DNA from: Styela clava
Lineage: Eukaryota
DNA length: 64,000 nt
NCBI RefSeq assembly: GCF_964204865.1
Contig: NC_135257.1
Location: 10,292,001 to 10,356,000 of the forward strand
Reading direction: 5' to 3'
The translations under genes and the position numbers were made by a program. The notes under the pieces are model-generated. The model was not told the DNA's origin. It saw nothing but the letters and a program-made list of their open reading frames with translations, and ran no database searches. Shown here piece by piece: positions 1 through 15,800 of the stretch (position 1 is the first letter of the stretch; each line of letters begins with the position of its first letter).

Positions 1-803
1 AATTTGTTACAAGATGTAAGTTTGTTATACTTTTTTCAAAAGAACTTAACTTTTTGTGAATATTCGTTTTCTAATCCTGATTATTGTGCATATATGCTTT
101 TTCTTCGACTGTGTCTCCAAAATTTCCAGCCATGAAAATTCTTGAGGCTGAGTGGGAATGAGATTTTTAGGTATTATATTATGTAGATATGAATCGTCTC
201 AATAGGTTATATTTATCTCTTTTTCAGAATATTTATATTTTTAGATAACAAGTATGAGTATATATTTCATTTCGGTATTTATGGGAGCTCATTTAGTTCA
301 TAAAATACTTATCATTTTTCGTACGAGCGAAACTTATTTATGTCACGCTGATGTTAATCTTTCCACATGATTTACAATTTCCTCATTAGTGACATTTTAA
401 TAATAATCGGGTATTCCAGTTCAAACTTAAAAGTTTTTCTGTAATCTTTGCTTTTTTTGCAAGATGTATAATGTAAATATAATGATTTCAATACAAAATA
501 GATCTATTACGAATATTTAACTACTAAATACAGTCTAGTCAGAATTTTATGATACTGATGTGTTGATATAGTCTGGAATTGTGGAAGGAATTCAAAATAT
601 GAGTGACTAATTTAAAATATTATAAATTAACCGCTTTGTCAAGATTTCTTTGAACGAATAGCAATTGGATGCCGTCACAAAACAGTTTAGAATGGCTTTA
701 CGCCGTCTGCCTTTTTACTCTTTTGTGTCGAATATTATTGTGATTATCAGCATTTTATTCTATTCATGTTCATTACGTGACAGCCAAGCTTTATCTTCTA
801 CAG

Positions 804-3800
804 ATTGCTAAAAGTTGTGACACAATATTAGAAGAATGTTCGTCGTCATCTCCCGTGGATCTCCTTGAGAAATTATGTAGTCCAACGCATAAAAAGTTAT
901 CATCACGATGTCTTCTTTTATCTTTGCTCTTTCAGGTATTTATATTTTCAATCTCGATGCACATGAATATAGTCCATAAAAATTAATAATAATAATATAC
1001 ACAATTATGAATTATATTGAAGTACAGTCTTGGTAGGTCTTCAGTTAACTAACGACATCTGATGCATTCATTTTGCTTCAGTAATTCAGTTACTTCAACA
1101 GTTAGCTGTGTTTAATAGGTACAGATAGATATATCAGTTTGTAATAGTAATAGACAAGGATGTCGGAAGCAAATTGAATATTCGGATGTATTCAAAATTG
1201 GTTATAGTTTGTTTAATAGGGCCCGTATAGAATATATTCAATATTCCATATTCAAAATTATTATTTCAGAATTCATCTTGAATAGTAAAATATTTAGTAT
1301 TAGCTGTGGTAATGGAATATTGTATTGCTTTTGCTATTATCATATTTTCCAAATTATATTTTTAATAATTGTGATATCAGACTTTCAAATATTTGTTTTT
1401 GATAACATGTTTATTTTTAGGGAAGGCAATTCTCTGACATGTGTGCTGAAGCTTTACATACAAGCAATATTATTCCCAAACTCATTCAATTATTGCATCA
1501 TGGATCAAGCTGTCTCGTTCTTGAAAACAAAAAATCTCTGACCACACCAGAGTATGTATTTTATATAAATTTATTCATTTTTTATAAATTTGATTTCAAA
1601 TGTTTGGTAATCTTCCATCATCCAGCATATTTAGTGATACAGATAATATGAGAACGCTCTGATGATTCACAAAAATTATTGATAATTTCTATCACGCATG
1701 TTGCCAGTCACTTCAAATTTGAAGGTTTAAATTTGATATAAGAAATCTTTTGTAAAATTTAATAAAGTTCTAAAAAATATGTGATATATATATTATTCTA
1801 TATAGAATACACTCTTAGAATTTTTTTTTTACTCATTTTGAAGACCAGGGACCACAGGTTCATAGTTCAGGGTTCTGGAGTCGAGGTTGAGTATGTTTTA
1901 ACTAAGGTCGGAGTCGTATTTGAAACTTGTAGGAGTCGAAATTTCGACATTGAGTCTGACTCGCTCTACTTCAACTCAGGCCCAACACTTCACTTAGGAG
2001 AAAATTGAGTAGGCCTAACGTATTAAAAATTATGATTCTTTTAAAACAGATTGCTCTCTGTCTTTCCTTTGCTGCTTTACAGGGCCTTTTTCAAAACATA
2101 TTGTGACTCACTTCATGAAAATATTTATAGTTGGAGAAAGTTGCCACTACCTACTTCAACGTTTTGTTTTGTTTCAATTTGATTTTAGATGGATTGCATC
2201 TGTCATTCTACTGATTGATTTATATGAAAGATCCTGTCTTCACAAACATAGAGTTGATGCTCTTGATCAATTCAAATCCATGAACAGAGTATGGAAATGG
2301 TTTGATGATAGGTCTGGGAGATGGTGTAACTACAGCACATCTAATCAGAAAATGCTCGATGATGCATACAAAGATGGCGTTAGCAAGATTGTGTAAGTCT
2401 GTTACTACTGTCATTTTGTAAATTTACCTCACTATTATTCATTTTCTGATTTTTCAAGGCACAAAAATAAAATAATTTTTTTAACAGTTTCCGTATTTGA
2501 AATACACTAAATGTTGCATATTGGAAAGTTATGAAATTAGGTTATTTTATTGAAAAGTGTGTACTACGAGAATGTTACAAATTCATAATCAAGTTTCAGT
2601 CCCTTTACCGAACTTAATGTAAAATAGCCAAACGAAATTAGTTACCTCCATATTAGTACACAAATTTCTAGAGCGCCCATTTTTCTTATATGCAGATCTA
2701 AGTTACGTTCTAGCTCCTTGTCTATATCACATTACTCTTATGAATATCTTGTTTGGTTTATTTATTAAAATCAAGCATATCTTTGTTTGACAACATTCTT
2801 CGTTTTAATCAGTTTCACTGCTGGAAGAAGAAGATACAATGTTAATTTTCAGCAAATGGTTCAAGTAAACGAAGAATCGGGCAACAGACGTCCAATAATG
2901 ATTATGTTTTCAAAACAGAAGCCACCAACAACATCGGATTCCACTGAAACAACAACCAATACCACAGAAGGTAAATTTTCAGTCTAGTACTGTAGATTGG
3001 GATGGCTAAAACGGAACGATGTACAAAGTGAATTTTTTCAATATGGAATATGTTTTTAAAATGATGATATCATAGCAACAAATTTACACAAATCATTGTA
3101 TTTTCACGAGGATTAATTTTTTCTGGCCAGAAAAGGAGAGATGAACTCTCTTGAATGGTTTTCTAGGAATATTAAACGTTGAGCATCTGATATCATTTGA
3201 ACAAATCATATTATTCAGAATTGAAATATTTTAAATTAATTTTGAAGTTGTGAATTCACTATGTAAAATAAGTAACCTTGATGGTATTTGAAAATACGAT
3301 TCGGTCTGGACTTCACTGACAGTATATAATTTTGGTCAGAACACCTTTGTTATATAAATATTTATTTTAAATCAAATATGCTGTCAAACGGGGAACAAGT
3401 TGAAGCAATCAATTTTCAGGCACAGAAGAATATAAATTTGGTATTTTCATTTGTAATGACCTCTCTGGCCAACCTTCCCATACAAAAAATAGGCTGGGAT
3501 GTGTTGCGATAAAAAAAAATTTTATGCTACTAAAAGTTGGAAATTTTATTATCCATGTGGCTCTTGATACTTGTTAGAAACAATGGCGAAATTAGTGAAT
3601 AAGGTAAAAATCATGAAAAATGCGGTTTATATAAATTGCCAAATTTTGTATTGTATAAAATCATATTTGATTAGAATTTTAACCCAACTTTATTCCAATT
3701 TTTTAGAAACGTCTATGGAGACTGACGTTGTTGCTGAAAAAATCGATGAAAAATCTGATAATAAAGTTTCACCCTGGGATGGAATTTCTCAAGAACAAGC

Positions 3801-6800
3801 ACAATCATTACTTCATTCCTGCACTGCTTTGTTAAAAGTTCCTGTTCATACTGATACATTACATGCTATTATGCGACTTTTATTGAGGTGTGATTTTCAA
3901 TTTAGATTTTTCCTTATATATGAACCTTTTAGGTTATTACTTCAATTTAAAAAAATTCTCTAAATTGTTTTGTATGCTTTTATCGTGGTCATATGGTTTA
4001 ACTTTATTCCTCTCCTGAATGGGTTTTTATACTTTTGTCATCTATTTCAATATAAAATTATACGGTACTCCCATAGTGTGTGTAGGCCTAGATTAGGCCA
4101 TAATTTTTTACTGTTTTTCCATATTTTAGTTCTATTACAAGTTCAGGGACTGTTTGTGTTAGCCAAGTATATACCCCCTGCCCATAGGTTATTTTTTACA
4201 CAACTTGATTTAAAGTTGATTTAAAGAACAAAATTAATTACCTTCATACTAGTACACACAATTCTGGAGCGCCAATTATATTGCGTATGGATAAGAATTT
4301 GTGATGACAAAGATTCCAGTTCTATCAGTAGCTACATATCTTTGTTTGGCGAAATATGTGAAAATGTATAAAAACAATAAAAAATGCTTCGTGTGAAGCA
4401 CTAAATAATCTCCAAGTTATTCAATTTTTTTTATTTCAAATAATTTTTAAACTCAACTTTTAACTTATTTATGTTTTTACATTTGCACTGTTTCTATGTG
4501 TATACATTATCTTAATTTGTTACTCCTTTTATTTTTCAAGGTTGACAAGAAGTGACAAACCTGGCGGACATGAACGAGCTGTACAATTTGTCAAACTGGA
4601 AGGTCCGCAAGCGTTATTGGGTCTGACGAAACGAAGTGAATTTGCAGGTTTTGCTTCTCTTGCCACACTTATATTTTGTCATATATTTGAAGATGCGGAA
4701 ACATTACGTCACACTATGGAAAAGGTTTGATATTATAAAGGAAAATTTAATTCTATTTTAATTTATTGAAGATCTACCACAATCCACAAGGTTGTTTATG
4801 CAAAATCCGAAATTCTATTTATTTCATGATTCTAAAAATGGAAATTAATTTTGTGGGATTTTCGTTGTGTTTTATGTCAAATATTTTACGTATAATGATT
4901 GTTTATTTGGATCATTCATCATAAAAATTTATCGAACTATTTAGATATTTATATTTCTGAATGCCAACTTTGCCAAATATTAATTTTTTTTATCAATACT
5001 GTTTTGTGATTCTCTTTAATATATATCTTAGTCTTATTGGGCACAGGATTTTTTTTCTTAAGGTTTATTTTCTAGGTTGCCTGAGGTTGTATCCGATTGT
5101 GCCACTTACATTCAATACACGTTATTCAGCCTTTATAAATAAATAAATGAGTCATTTTAACCTCAATTTTGTCTGCGGCTTTAGGATTAGGATAATTTTC
5201 CAACTCAACTTCGTGTCATTCAAGTTCGGCAGATGTGTTTGGCCATGATTTTTGTTTTCTTAACTTTTTCCTTTTTTAGGCATGATTTATAGGTGTGCCA
5301 TATAATAAGTGTGTGCAATTTAATGATAAATCATACTTGATCATATATGAAATCATCATTATTTAATGGTTTTCTTGATTTTGCAGACTGTCCGGTTCGC
5401 AGCGTTGAGGGGTGTTCCGAATCAATCGAGTGGGGTTTCTGCAACAACAATTGGTAACAGAGAAATGTACTACGTTTTACAAGCTCTAGCACCAATGGCC
5501 TGTCGACACCCAAAAACGTTTGTTGACGTTTGCAAGAAAAATTTTAGAATATGCTTGCCTGGCGCAAAGACTAGTCGTGAGTTATTATTGTTATTAGATA
5601 AAAAAAACTTTATCAAATGGTTTCTTGAATGGAATTTAATTTTTATTATTTATTTGTCATTGTCATTTGTCATTATCTTTATTCATATCAAAAAATTTAA
5701 CACAATGTTATATAGCATGATTCCTATACTGGTCAGTGTGAATCCAAATTTTTATTTATTGTTATTTAAGGATGTCTGTTATTAATGTAAACGAGACTCA
5801 TTTTTTTTATTCGACATGCTCCAGACTTTAACCACAAGCAGATATATTTTTATAGTAGGAAGTATTTATTCAAAAGTTGTGAAATTATAATTTCTCTTTA
5901 AATGCTGGGAAACTTTTCATGTTATTTAGTAGTATAAATACAGTAATATCTCTGTACAAGTTTTTAATCATTTATTTCTATTTTAAATTTAAATCATATC
6001 TTTAAGATGTGGAAGATGAAGAAACTAGATTGATGAACGGAAGCATCGTACAAATTCTTGAGTCTGCGAAAGATTCTGATCAACATTCAAAATGTAGAAT
6101 ACCATTGAGTATGACAACCAAGAAAATACTTCAACTCTTACTCAATGGTTTGATAAAATCAAACGGTTCAAGAATTCAAAACCATGGTACGTGAACATAC
6201 CACTGAATGTTTCTCACTTTGGAAATAAATTGATATAAAATATGAGGATCTTTGAATTTCCTCCACGCAAGGCTCAAATTAAATATACAATCAATGATAC
6301 AAGGTTTTTATATAGCCATAAATTAAATCAAGTAAAAGAACCTTGGGCAACTAATGGTGGACATGTAAAAATGTGTTACATAAAGTGAAAAATCTTAAAT
6401 AAACACTGATTAAAATAAAAACAAATCTGGTTAGGATATATTAAGAACTGACTTCATAACAAAATTGGAATTCTAATAGGAATTTTAATTTTATATCAAG
6501 AACACCCTGTATTATTAAAATTGTCTATTGGAAATTTTGTTAAAAAAACTATGCCAATATAAATTGAAGTGTTGATTGGAATGACACGATTTCGTAAGGG
6601 CCAGCATATTAGTTCAGTTACAATTAATTATCTTTAATATAGGTCAACATATTCATATTTTGTGTGATAAAATGTTCTCTTAAAATCTGTTAGGTGATGC
6701 TGCTGGTAAAGCACATTCGAAGTCCGCATCATCAGTAATGTCTGTGGCACAACAACTCAGACAGGTATTCAATTTGTATTTGGTAACATCAATGTTATGA

Positions 6801-9800
6801 ATTATTTTGATTCCAACAGTGGTTGAAGTATGTCGGATTAATATTAGATTGAATATCTGGTTTTTGGTATATTTCATTCCAAAATTGTTTTGTATAATGC
6901 ATAGAAAAGTTTTATTAGAGAATTTAAATATTTTTTTATAACATGCATTTAGAGCTTGTATTAGTATTGTAGCTCAACAATGAATTATAGTTTCACTCAA
7001 GTTATAAAAATTCAGGTGCAATGCAAAGTGTTTGAAATATTCTTGGCAATGTCAACCTGTGGGAATTTTTTAAAATTTACTGAGCAAATAGCAACAGTTT
7101 TGTTCACATTAGTGACTTATCTTTTATTCATAAAGTAGGTGTAAAAGGTCCCATTCTGTATGATTTCCATTTTTATAGGTTGGTGATGACATGCATCGTA
7201 GATATAGTGAGAGTGAAGCCGACAGAAGAGAAGAAGAACGAACTACTGCTATGAGACAAGGCAGTATTGCTCCTGTAACTACAATGGAAGAAGGTCCATC
7301 GAGGTCATCACAAGAAATGGAAGAAGTTTTTTATCCTTCTGTAAGACTTTGTGTTTGTTGACAAATACTTGATTAATGAATACTTGAAATATTTGATGAC
7401 CCCTGGCAGTAACTAACCACTCTGCTAATGCACTCAAGATTCATTAATTTATCATCAAAGTGTATGTTTCTATTGTATTTAGTGTTAATAATCTTACTTA
7501 CAACATGTTTGTCTATCCAGGATACTCCTGAAGCTACAGATATGGAGAAAGGTTCAGATGATGACAAAGAAAAACAAGAAGATACTAAACAAAAACCCGG
7601 TAATGGTGTGCAACCTAATATTTTTTATCTAGAATTTTTTTAAATTTTCTAGTTTACTCATTGGAACTTGTTTTGCTATTTACAGAGGAAGAGACTCCAT
7701 TGTTTTCCAAAGCTGCTATTCTTCGTTTACTCGCAGAACTTGTTAGCTCATATCCAGCATGTGCTAGTTTCATTGTTTATCATACATATCCTGCTGGTAT
7801 TTCTTCTTTAATAAAACAGGTGAATTAAATATTTTTACGATTGCTGTATTTTAGCACGAGACCATAGATATGCAGTATATTCATGTGAACTTGTTTCAAT
7901 AGCAGTCACATTTTTCAAATACTTGAATGACTCGAGTCATTCGAACGAAATGACTAAATTCAAAAACTCAACTGCCAGAGATTATATTACTGATAATTGA
8001 GTCTTTGAAAAAGTAAAAAAATAAAGATCAAATAATATTTACAACATTGATTATTAATGTTGTATTGAATAAATAAAATATTTAGTATTTTTCCAGCAAT
8101 TCCATCAAACAAGCTATGTTGATGTGTTGAATGTTGTCAATATATGATTAAGTCCTAGTTAGAATTTTAAAGTAATTTTCTGAGATTCAGATAAGACTCT
8201 GATGACCTGTGACTAGGGCCCCTACACCCAACATAGCTATGATTGATTATTTTTATTCTCTTTTTATTCTTTTATTCCATCACAATCCTAAATGTTTGTG
8301 TTCAGGATTGTTCATGTCTCTCATTCATACTACATCATCTTCTACCTTGTGTCTCGAATAAAAAAGACGAATCTGGAGGATCAACTAACAACAATACTGC
8401 AAAGGTACACACTCACTAGTTCCTGTATAGTTCCATTTGATTTACCAGTTTACTATATCCTGGTTAATTGGTTTATTAAAGGTGTCGAAATCTTAAATAA
8501 TTAAATTAGAAACCAGGATTTGCGATATTCAAAATGAGTATTATTGGGGATTGTGAAATCAAAATTACTGCAATCCGGTTTCTGTTAATATGTCAGATTC
8601 TTGCTAAATTATAAATAACCTGTTATTTGCAACTGAATTTGTTTCAGAATATCAGAATGGATAAATCATCAATCAGTCAGTACTATCCATTAAATTGCAG
8701 AATACAGTCCCAAATTTTATTTGATCACATAGATTATAAATCAGTGGTTTTCAAACTGTGGAGCGCGGCCCACATCTAGTAGACAATTTTTTGAGGGGGT
8801 GAAGATAATTAAAAATAAAAATATTTTTTAGATTTGATTGTGCTCGCCTAATTTTGAATATTTACATTTTTTTATTTTAGATATTTACGTTTCATCCACG
8901 TATTCTCAACGTGTTTTTCGAATAAAACATACTTTTGCCTTACTATCTGTTATTTGTAGCTCATTGTTAGCTAGTTATTTTTGAGGCGGGGCACGAGACT
9001 TGACAAATTCCGAAAGGGGGGCGCCGCTTGAAAAGTTTGAGAACCACTGTTCTAAATGAAATGAACTTTGTGTTCTGTAATATTGAATTGAAAATCAATT
9101 TTTTCACAGAACAATCAGAATGATAAAGATTGTTGTTCATCATTGGCAAAAATCTTATTGACCAGCATTGTATGTTGTAATCCTAAATCATCAATACAAA
9201 ATACTGTCATCAGTGAAATCAAATCTTCATTGCACAAGACATTAGTGCTACCTGAATCACAAGGGAAGCATAATGCATTAAGAGCTTTACTAGGTTTGAT
9301 AAGGTGAGATTCTATATTTTGTTTCCGTTTGGGACAACTAAACTAAAAGTTGATTCATAGAATATCAAAGTTTTTTATATACATAGTTCTGAGAGCTCTA
9401 TATAGTTCTATCTCTACTCTTTCTACTTTATTTGGAAGCCAGAGATTTTGATTTAATCAGACATGTAGAAAAATGTAATATCATGATGTCGAATTTTGTG
9501 TATTTTTTGGATAATATTAAGTTTGATTCTGATTTTTTATGGTGAATTTTGAAATTATTTCAGAAAGAAATCATGTATTTGTATATATTATAATGTCTAT
9601 TACTTTCCTCATTTTTTTTTTATCAATTTATGCTTCATAATTATCTTTACTGAAATTATTAATTTTAGTACAATAATGGAATGTGCCACGAAAATGATGC
9701 ATTCGTCAGATGGAGGACCTGTGCTATTACCTACTGATGATCCAATGAGTCTTGCCAGAATCATGATAAGCAAAGGTCTAGGTGCTGATCTTGCACAAAT

Positions 9801-12800
9801 CCCAAATTATATCGATCTTGGATCTCCCAACATGGCTGACTCTGTCAATGCAGCTTTAAAACCGTTGGAGGTAATAAATATATGTTCTTTCTGTTGAATC
9901 TTTTTGAAATTTTTTACAAACATTTGCTTACTTATGATTCAATATTGTGATATTAACAACTTCATTTCCTAGTCCAGTGAGTTGCACATGAAAAGTCTTC
10001 TTATCCAGGGTGAAAAATGGTTTAAATAGGAGCTCTTCTGAATTTTTTTGTTGTTCAAAACGGTAATGTGAAGATCAGCTGTCTGCCAGTCTAAATAGCT
10101 GTTTGGAGTTAACATCAGGAAAATCAGCGCTTGCAATCTACAGTCTAGTTTAGAATCAACCTGCACTTAACATTATACCAGCAGTATAAACTTATGTCTT
10201 CTAATCAAGGTTTTTCTACTTTTGGTTTAGCATCTCTATTTTCAGTACATGGATTATAGTCACCATTTCAGCTTATGGCTTATATTCACCATTTTCAGCC
10301 TATGGCCTTTAACCAGAAGTTTCACCTTATGGCCAATTTTCAACCTATGGCTTGAAACCAGCTTTTCAAAATTATGGCTTATAACCAAAGTTTCATGTTA
10401 ATATGGCCTATAGCTAGCCTTTCCAACTTATTGTCAGCATTTTAAAATTATGGCTTAAAACCGCATTTTCAGCTAATGGGTTATAACCAAAGTTTCAACT
10501 TCTGACTCAAAAAAGCCTTCATCTCATAGCTTATAACCAACATTTCCAACTAATGTCTTTCAATTGTTTTAAATTGCTTGTTGATCAAAACAATTATGAA
10601 TTTCTTACAATACAATGATATAGGTTTCATACCTTTATTTTTATTCAATATTTTATTATTCAATAGACATTGTCAAGACTTGTTCATCATTCATCTGCAC
10701 CAAGCACACCTAAACCATCAGGAGCTGTAGATAAATCAGAAGATCAACAACAGCAACAGCAGCAAAGTTCTTCTCAACCACCTGATGCAGAATCATTACA
10801 AAATGCTGTCATTTCTATAAGAGTGAGTATCTGAAGGAAAATGTTGTATGAGTTTTACATCTGGAATTGAATGTCAATTTTTCATTTTTACATTCAAGAT
10901 TTTTTAAGAAGTTTTCTAATGGTTAGTCATGCAAAGATTCCAATACGTTGATGTTGTTTGTCAGCTAATTATTTGTTTGAATAGTATCATTATTGCCTAG
11001 TTACAGCTTCTGGACGAATGTTCATGTTAATTCAATGCAATTTCTTCGGTTTATTCAGGTTGATGGCGATTCACAGACAAATCGGGAAGAAGGAATGGAT
11101 GAGAGTGTTATTGAATCAAATAATGAAGGTTTCGAAATGGCTGGTGCAGGTGGAAAATTACTTCATATATTTCAATGCGAATATTTGAAATTTTGATGTT
11201 TGTTACTATAACCAAATCATTGTTAATTTTTTTTTTTTTAGGTCTTTTCGTATACAATATTTCATGGGGTAGGCTATGTTGTAGTGTCATTTGATTTGCC
11301 CCAGCCTATTTGGTAATGGCACTTTTTACGTTAAATAAACAAGCTTACTATGCAGAATATTAGTTGCTTGTATTTTTGAATCTTGGGAGTTATTTTTTTA
11401 AGTCTTCAAATCTTATATTTCCTGAAGCTACCCTAACCACAATTTTAAGTTTACTTGAAAAAACATTTCATATGCCAGCTTTTATTTAAATTATGAGTTT
11501 TAAAATTTGGATATACATTTCTATGACCCTGTTTTTGCTTTTCAATACCTGACTGACACCAAATAAGTTGACGCACAAACAGTGCCGAATCTGTTGTGCC
11601 ATGATTATTATCCCATTCCAAACAAAATGCATATCAATAAATATTCATTTAATTTTTAGAAGCTTCATTCAATTCAGTGGCAGATGAAAACAATGAATCA
11701 ATGGAAGATACTTTCCATCTCGTTACAGGTAATTTACTTCTGTTAATTAACATCAGAAACCTCTAAAAACGTTATTTAGCTTCTAGTTCAAAAATTGATC
11801 GATTGAGATACATTGTTATTAAAAATAAATCATAATCCAATATGTGTTTGGATAAATACCAAGTGCATTGTAATGCCAAACATGCACTTGTAACCAGATA
11901 ATAGGTCGTGATTCGCGCAGCTCACTTTATCATTACGCCATCCTATTGGTTTCTTCCACCCAGGGTAAAAATGGAAATCCTATCCTAAATATTGTTTGTT
12001 CACACATTTTGCTAAAAATTTGTAACAACATGTACATACACGCATGATTTTATTAGTGTATTCAAATTTCACCAGCAGAAGAAATCTTAAAAATTGAACA
12101 CTTCACTGCAATGACTATCACATTTATTTAAAATTCCATGTTTAAAACATTAGATTCGGAAGCAACACCACAATTTTCTCATGATCTAATTATGAGTGAG
12201 AGTACCGAACATGATGATGACGTTGTTGTTGACATGAATGTGGAAGGTGATCATCATGTCAATGATGATGACGATGATGATGATCAAGATTCAAGCGGAA
12301 GTGAGGATCGTACGGAGCATAATAATGATGATCAAGTAAAATATAATAGAATTTTATTATCATTCTCATTGTGATTTTTATAGCGATTGCACTTTGATGA
12401 TTCTGACAACTAAGAATACTCATATGTGATTGAAATTTACGAGCTATTCAACTAACTGACATAGTTTTAGGTACGGATATGTATCAAGCTATATAGTGGA
12501 ATAATATTCACTCCAAAGCTGTTTTATATGTAAATAATAAGTTTCAAACACATTGAAAAATTTAAAAATTTCACATTTTATAGAATAATTTTAGACTGCA
12601 GTAAACGTATGAAATCTATAACTTAAACTTTCAAATAGTTTGCAAAAGTCATTTCATAGTTTTCAACCAATGGTCCCAATCCTTTTCCGTCTTTTCCAAT
12701 TTTTATCCAGTTATATCTCCCTGTTGGAAACAACTGCTCTAATGCGATCCTGCAGTAGTAATCACTCTGTGTGACTAGGACACACTCATCTTAAAAACTT

Positions 12801-15800
12801 TCTGTGGGGAAATTTTCTCATGGGCTACTATAATAGTTTCAACTGTATCATAGCAAACGTCTGTTTTCAGGATCTTGAAGATGAAGGATCTGAGATGGAT
12901 GATCTGGATGAAGATGATACAGAAGAAGAAGATGACGATGATGATGACGATTCTAACATGAATCGATTAAATTACGAAACATTTGTTTACGATTTATTGA
13001 GCGAAACAACGGATAATAATATTCTCCTACAACTTGAAGATGTCTTGAGTGGTAGGAATACTATTGCATTCTTAGTAACGATTACATAGTGGGATAATTT
13101 GATTAATTGTTATTGGACACGATGTGGACCTATGGAACATTTTGCTGAATTGTTGTATTTTTGGGGAAAAACATTGCTTTTGTAGACAATTGAAGAACTG
13201 ATTTTCAATTTTCTATACTCAAAAGATGGAGATAGTCGCTAGACAGCTATCACTTATTTTTTTTTAAATTTTCATCAGGATCCTATATTTCACCCAAAAT
13301 TTTGTTTTCAATTTTTTTTCACTTTATAAAGATCAGCAAAATTTAGGGTAAAACAACTGGAACCAGAGGAAATTTGAAAAAATGCAAATGTATTATCTTT
13401 TTAGAAAAGCGTTCATCTTTAACCTCTGAAATTTTTAAATTGGTCTACTAGTTGAGAAAGAAAAGTGAATTTTTGTAATTGTTATATTATCAAAAAAAAT
13501 CGATAACATCAATTCGACAATAATTTTTTGTAGGTCCGCATTGTGTTTATTGAATATCGAGGTATTGTCAGGGTATCTACTAGCAATGTTCTTGATAATG
13601 TTTTTGCTGCTTCCCTTTTATCTTGATATTCTTTTTTCTTTCTCAGATGGTTTTGCTGGAAGGATGCCTCAACTTGCAGGAAATGCAAGGACTTCGCAAC
13701 TTTTTGCTATGCCTGTACCTATAGGTGATGATAATACAACTGCTGCTGCTAGTGGTAAGTTGTTTTTTGTTTATATTGTACTATGCACTTAGTTCATTTG
13801 AGTTACTCCAAGGAGTGTATAAGCTTAGAGTTTCGTGGTTAAATTTAGACTTTCTCCAGCTCTAGTGGTAGTATACTCAAGGTCCTGACGTTGATTAAGA
13901 AATAATTTTGAATCAATTTAAGGTTTCATTTTTGTTAAATATGCCATATTACCCAAGCAGTTGAAAAGAATCAGTTCAACGATACATGCACAAGTTTATG
14001 TGCAGTTTACAACTTTTTCACAGCATGCCAATCTACAATGGTGCCATACTACTATATTTTAGGTTCCAGATTGAGGTAAATTTTGACTCTATTTCCCAAC
14101 TTTGAGAAAACTGATTTTTGACCCCAAGTTTTATTCAATTGACTGGGGAAAACACTTACTCATTATTTTAAATTGAATATTTCAGCTTCGATCATTAGAA
14201 TTTTTAAATTTGGACTTCACAAAATCTGGAATTTCTGCATCAGCTCAGACTTTCAGACTAATGCTGTATTGTGGAAATATGACTCAAAAAACATGCTAAG
14301 CCAAGACTCTAGATTTTAATTCCACCGTCTTGGATGTGTTTTCAATGTTTAATGTGTTTTATCTCTATATTTTCAAGGTTTTGCTTCATCATGGTTTATT
14401 CCGACCACTCACCCAATGTTGACAAGAGCAGGTGGAAGAACTACTTTGCCTGGTGGTACGTCTGCATCTGCAACATCCAATGCACAAGCCAGAAACACTT
14501 ATCCCAATAGTGTTACAGCTAATCGTAATGGACAAACGTTGCAGATAGAATTCACCAGCAATTCTACTGAAGCCCCACAGATATTAACAAGGTTGTGAGT
14601 GTTGTTTTTGAATGTACTTTCTAACGGCAAAATGTTAACTGACCTCGAAAAACTTCAATCTTTAGAGTTAAATATATGTGAAAAATTATGCTGTGATGAA
14701 TTTTTGTATACAATAATTTTATGTGTTAATACTTAGGTACTTTTACTAATTTTTATTTATGAGATGGTAGATTTTTAATCATTGGGTCCTCGAAATCAAA
14801 GTCACCTGCTCAAATTGCGATAAATTACTTTAAAAACTTTGATATAACTTTTCTAGAGTACCTACATCGGTGCTTGTAAAGAATGGTCCTGGCCTCCAGA
14901 ATACACTTGCTTTACACTCGCACTCGCTTTAAATAGATATATGTTGGCTACTTTACCAGTAACAGCAACCATACTGCTACAACAGATTATTGGTACTTGG
15001 CACTTTTTTTTTAAATGTACTTTTCATTCAGATTGCTTGGTCCAACTGCTACTGCTGATGTTCTTCAGTTGTCGAATTCCTTATACAATGAAGGTGGAGG
15101 TCATGCTCAATTACTTGTTAATTCAAGTAATATTCGTCTTTTGCCGCTAAGCAGAGATATTGCTGATAGTGGATTACAGGTAATTGATTTACACTAACCA
15201 TCACATGTGATTACAATAGGAAATATTGATTCTAAAAAAGCATTCGAAAATGTGATATCTATTAATGTGGATGGACCAGTATAAGATGTCCTAGTTTTTT
15301 TTCAAGTCATATTTATATGGCTATCGCTCTGAACAAGGCTCTGCAGAAGCAGAAACTGTTAGGTAAGGATCTGGTATAGTTGGAAGGACTGGGTTCTGGT
15401 TCAACATTACCTACCCAATTTATTACACCCTGGGTGAAGTGATGGACATAGGATTTGAACCCATGATTTTAATCTAAAAACCATCATAGTTAAGTCTAAT
15501 GCTTGAACCACTAGGCCACATCAGCTATGGATGTTGGGTCAAAGATTTGATATTAAATTAAATAATCCACACCTAATTATTTACAAATTCACAATCATCT
15601 TTGAGAAAAATGAATCTTCCTCTGCACACTCAACTGGGAATAATAGTTAAAAAAACAAATTTGTCTTGGTATCTCTCTAGAAATTCAAAACAGTAAGTAA
15701 GTAAAAGTACAGTCACTCATCTAATATTATTTAAATTCTAGTTAAATGGTTTCAGATTTACTGACAGATGGTTTTATTTTTCAACATAGAATCACATCAT

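Noticed and set aside
10250-10555. Regularly spaced ~29-bp repeats resembling a CRISPR array
   Set aside because: Degenerate tandem units with no unique spacers, no cas genes and a eukaryotic intron context.
15390-15522. tRNA gene suggested by A/B boxes (also at 29296-29400)
   Set aside because: No cloverleaf or acceptor stem could be formed and box spacing is irregular; better explained as SINE heads.
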